Both the position numbers and the translations under genes were made by a program. From an uncultured Deinococcales bacterium (GTDB lineage Bacteria > Deinococcota > Deinococci > Deinococcales > JAAFIG01): a DNA stretch of 10,220 nucleotides. The notes under the pieces are model-generated. The model was not told the origin of the DNA. It saw nothing but the letters and a program-made list of their open reading frames with translations, and did not search any database. Of the stretch, positions 6,835 to 10,220 are shown one piece after another (position 1 is the stretch's first letter; each line of letters opens with the position of its first letter). The stretch spans positions 1 through 10,220 of the forward strand of contig CAXTKV010000187.1 in NCBI GenBank assembly GCA_964244895.1, read 5' to 3'.

Positions 6835-8541
6835 GATACCGTTGGCGAAGTCACGTCCTCCTCGAGAGAACAGCGTCACCATCAGGGATGCTCAAACCAG
6901 ACCCAATCCCGCCCATCCCAGCCGAAACCGCCCGCGTCATCCGCACCATCCTACCCAAAGGCAACGCCATCACCCGATTGCGAGATGAGTTCGGCACGAT
7001 CTACAGCGATGTCGATTTCGCCAATCTCTACGCGAAATTGGGCCAGCCTGCCATCGCCCCGTGGCGGCTAGCACTCGTCACAGTCTTCCAGTTCCTCGAG
7101 AACCTGACTGACCGGCAAGCGGCCCAAGCTGTGCTCACCAGGCTCGATTGGAAGTACGCCCTCAGCCTCGAGGTTACTGACACGAGTTTTGATTTCACCG
7201 TCCTGAGCGAGTTCCGATCACGCCTCATCCAAGGAAACGCAGAATATGTGTTGCTCGAGAAAATGCTTGAACGCTTCCGCGAGCAAGGACTGCTCAAACT
7301 TCGTGGTCAGCAACGCACCGATGCCACCCATGTGCTCTGCTCGGTGCGCGTCCTCAACCGGCTCGAACTGGTCGGCGAAACCTTCCGGGTGTTGCTCAAC
7401 GAACTCACGCGAGTCGCACCAGAATGGCTGAAACCACGAATGCAACCCCGCTGGTTCGAATGGTTCGTGCATCGTGTCGAAGAGTACCGTCTGGCTCGAG
7501 GGCAAGCAGCCCGAGACGCGCACGCTGTTGCTATTGGTCAAGATGGATTCGAGTTGCTCGACGCACTCAAACAAGACAAGACCATGCACCTCTGGCTCGA
7601 GCTGCCTGTCGTGAAAGCGCTCGAACGCATCTGGTCAGAGCAGTACGAGCGTGTTGACGGGCAGGTGCATTGGCGCTCCTCCAAAAGTTTAGCCAGTGAC
7701 CGAGCGCAATCGCCGTTCGATCTTGAGGCGTGTTATGGCATGAAGCGAAAGATGGCCTGGGTCGGATATAAGGTTCACCTGACCGAATCGTGCGACGACG
7801 ACAAACCTTGCCTGATCACGAATGTGCTGTTAACCAAGGCGTCCATGCAGGACGCACTTGCCGCCAAGGTGATCCATGAACGACTCAAGCACAATCAGAT
7901 GGTGCCAAGCCAGCATTTCGTAGACGCGGGGTACACCAGTGTTGGTTTGATGCTCGAGGGCCGCAAATCCGGGATTGAAGTGGTCGGGTCTTTGAAGTAT
8001 GACTCGAGTTGGCAAGAACGTGCCAGAAAAGGCTTCGCGCTGACCAACTTCAAGATCGATTGGGAGAAGAAGGTGGTGACGTGTCCGCGTCAGAAGCACT
8101 CGCAGCATTGGATCGAGTCTTTGAGTGAGCAGGGCTTACCGATCATCCATGCGGAATTCAACCGGCAGGATTGCCAGCGGTGCCGCTCAAAGCCAGATTG
8201 TACAAAGGCAAAAACGTTGGGCCGCGAAGTGACATTCCGACCACAGGAATCTCACGAGTTATTGCGGGCTGGACGGGCTCATCAGGAAACCGACGAGTGG
8301 AGGGAATTGTATGCGAAACGGGCTGGGATCGAGGGAACGATTTCGCAGTCGGTGCGCTCGCAAGGGTTACGAACGATCCGGTATTGGGGCACGGCGAAGA
8401 CGCGGTTGCAGTCGGTGGCGACGGCAGCGGGCATGAACGTGGGTCGGGTGTTCGCTTGGTTGGATGGGGTGCCTCGAGCGAAGACGCGGACGCAACGGTT
8501 TGAGCAGTTGGCGGTTCAGGCGTGACTTCGCCAACGGTATC
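6835..8541 (+). mobile_element. IS1182-family insertion sequence, about 1.7 kb, apparently intact
   Basis: Perfect 21-bp terminal IRs GATACCGTTGGCGAAGTCACG (6835-6855; reverse complement at 8521-8541). Flanking direct repeat AACCCTCC at 6827-6834 and 8542-8549; alternatively a 10-bp CAACCCTCCG if the IRs are 20 bp. One transposase ORF fills the element. Confidence 0.93.
6888..8525 (+). CDS. IS1182-family DDE transposase, 545 aa
   Basis: N-terminus MLKPDPIPPIPAETARV and a DUF772-like segment LTDRQAAQAV..RLDWKYAL....FDFTVLSEFRSRL. DDE residues lie in TDATHV, VDAGY and RAGIEGTISQ. Cys-rich insert (TCP...CQRC....CTK). The stop codon lies within the right IR. ATG6888 is used rather than 6726, which is outside the element. 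Confidence 0.93.
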   Translation: MLKPDPIPPIPAETARVIRTILPKGNAITRLRDEFGTIYSDVDFANLYAKLGQPAIAPWRLALVTVFQFLENLTDRQAAQAVLTRLDWKYALSLEVTDTSFDFTVLSEFRSRLIQGNAEYVLLEKMLERFREQGLLKLRGQQRTDATHVLCSVRVLNRLELVGETFRVLLNELTRVAPEWLKPRMQPRWFEWFVHRVEEYRLARGQAARDAHAVAIGQDGFELLDALKQDKTMHLWLELPVVKALERIWSEQYERVDGQVHWRSSKSLASDRAQSPFDLEACYGMKRKMAWVGYKVHLTESCDDDKPCLITNVLLTKASMQDALAAKVIHERLKHNQMVPSQHFVDAGYTSVGLMLEGRKSGIEVVGSLKYDSSWQERARKGFALTNFKIDWEKKVVTCPRQKHSQHWIESLSEQGLPIIHAEFNRQDCQRCRSKPDCTKAKTLGREVTFRPQESHELLRAGRAHQETDEWRELYAKRAGIEGTISQSVRSQGLRTIRYWGTAKTRLQSVATAAGMNVGRVFAWLDGVPRAKTRTQRFEQLAVQA

Positions 8542-8549
8542 AACCCTCC
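8542..8549 (+). repeat. Right target-site duplication AACCCTCC
   Basis: Identical to 6827-6834 and abuts the right IR. Confidence 0.85.
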
Positions 8550-8833
8550 GTGCGAAAAGTGCCACCCACGATAAAATGAACCTGTTATAGACATAGGAAA
8601 TCGATCAAGAGCGCTCTCCAGAGAAACACGACTACAGAAACATGTAGCCGGGCAAATCCATCAAGAATTGCTCTCCCCACATTCGGGGTGCTTTTGATGT
8701 GTGGAGATTGCGCGTCGGAGACGTACATTTAGCACGATTATGCGTACCGAGATAATGCCCGTGTTAAGCTCCCGACTACTCGGGGTGATTGAGCTATTGT
8801 CGCACGAACTACCTCGTTTGAGGGAGGAAATAC

Positions 8834-10220
8834 GTGATTACGTCAAACGCGCTCAGCGTCGTCCGGAACGTGGTGAACCGCGCCAGGCCCATTGTTTGCG
8901 TGGTTTCAGCACAGATTTTCCTACTCGTCGGCTGCAATCAAAACAAATCCTGTTTCGGTGATCATCGACTCCACGATAGATGACAAGACCATCAACGCGC
9001 TTCGTCAGCAAGGCACAAGCCCGACAGAACAAACACTGGAAATTCCCACGATGGACTATGAAGGAAACGCCATCAATTTCGCCTTGGAACGAATCGTTCT
9101 CAAAGTGAACCCTAACGTGTTAAGCGGTGAGTTCCAGTCGTTGGTCAGCCGAGTTTCGGGCAAAGTCATCGATGATGGGCGTTTGCCTGACCCGCCGAGC
9201 AATATCAACAAGGCCAAACTGCGCCCTCGCTTCGACCCTGGCTACCGCCTGATCGGCGTGAGTCCGGTTCCCGCCAACCTCGGAGTGCTGTCGAAACGGC
9301 TGGAAAAACGGGGCGTCAAGGGAGTCGTGAAGTTTTCCAGCGACCGTGCCGCCGCCTTGGTCAACCTCGTCTTGCAAATCAACGATGACGAGTCCGCTGT
9401 GGTGAGCGCGTCGCCAAACCTCATCGGCTTTCCCACGGCAGCGTTTGCGGAGCAGACCAGTTCAGCAGGGGGTTACTCGAGCACGGAAAACAACCCGGCC
9501 CTCGCCCAGTTGCGGCTGTCCGGTTCCGGTGGGGCCTGGGACTACAAGTACGCTGGGGTTCCGGTCGATGATCGCGGAGTTCAGATTGCGATCATCGATA
9601 CTGGATTCGAACCTGGCAATTACGACATGACCTCACCATCGGGGGCCAAAGGTACTACCGCAACGTCTGGGGCTACGACTTCACGGACAACGATTACGAC
9701 GTCAATGTCGCGCCGGGCGTCGATTGCATCGACGGAACCGCAGCCGTTCAGTGCTATCACGGCCTTCACGCCGCCGAGGTTGCGGCGGGCGCGGCAACCA
9801 CTACGGGTCTGCCGGTTCCGCCCCGCTGGCCGACATTCACCAGTTCCGGGTGAAAGGCTACACGTGCTTTATCTTTTGCGTTGGTGGGCCAATCATCGAT
9901 TTCTACAAGGCCGCCCAGGGCGTGAACACAGCCGTGTACTGGGGAGCGGATGTCGTCAGCATGAGCTTTACTTCCCCTGCTGGGCTCGCGTGCGGGAACC
10001 TTCTCGTCGTTTGCGACCTGAGAAGTGCGGTGCAAGCTGCGGTCAATAGCGGCGTTGTCGTTTTGTCGGCGGGAGGCAACGAAGGTGTGAATTCGCCCAG
10101 AGCCCCCGCAGACTGGCCCGAGGTTATCGGTATAGGGGCTCTGAACACGTTTGCATCTGCCGCTCCGGGCGTGTCAAGCGAAGTGTGGCTAACGGCTTTC
10201 ACACCGGCATCCGATCCTCG
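8834..10220 (+). pseudogene. Frameshifted lipoprotein subtilisin-like serine protease (peptidase S8), 3' end outside the window
   Basis: SD GGAGG (8823-8827) and GTG8834 give MITSNALSVVRNVVNRARPIVCVVSAQIFLLVG-C (lipobox, Cys at 8933). A shift at about 8942 leads into the prodomain and the catalytic Asp VQIAIIDTGF. A shift at about 9628 gives GYDFTDND...YHGLHAAEVAA (catalytic His at 9758). A shift at about 9789 gives GSAGSAPLA...GADVVSMSF...VVVLSAGGNEG...PADWPEVIGIGAL, which stays open to the window end. Confidence 0.88.

Noticed and set aside
6726..6887. N-terminal extension of the transposase in the ORF track (599 aa)
   Set aside because: It starts outside the left IR (6835). The family-like N-terminus begins at ATG6888.
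8738..8755. TTATGCGTACCGAGATAA as a Deinococcus RDRM (DdrO) box
   Set aside because: It is 18 bp rather than the 17-bp consensus and matches weakly in the interior.
8940..9790. Programmed ribosomal frameshifting in the S8 gene
   Set aside because: There are three shifts in mixed directions and no canonical slippery heptamers. Decay or sequencing error is more parsimonious.
1..10220. CRISPR array, tRNA/rRNA or integron attC array
   Set aside because: I saw no regularly spaced direct repeats or RNA-gene signatures. The intergenic hairpins are unrelated in sequence and lack clear RYYYAAC/GTTRRRY ends.

Overview
GC-rich bacterial accessory region that looks like a partly decaying mobile or defence-type island. 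The integrase remnant and lipoprotein subtilase loosely suggest Deinococcota, which is an unverified inference. In order it holds: (1) a 969-aa KAP-family P-loop NTPase with an N-terminal double Clp-N domain and two TM helices; (2) a minus-strand coupled pair encoding an Xre-HTH/ImmA-IrrE (HEXXH) metallopeptidase and a PIN-domain nuclease; (3) a divergent 55-aa basic protein missing from the ORF track, with overlapping back-to-back promoters and a leader hairpin, followed by a 68-aa 2-TM protein; (4) a Ser/Thr kinase truncated at its catalytic loop and joined tail-to-tail to a tyrosine-recombinase remnant; (5) an intact IS1182-family element with perfect 21-bp IRs and a target duplication; (6) a lipoprotein subtilisin (S8) gene broken by three single-base frameshifts and running off the window. 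The best candidate for an undescribed system is the divergent PIN / Xre-peptidase // small basic protein module. All calls come from motif reading by eye; no searches were run.
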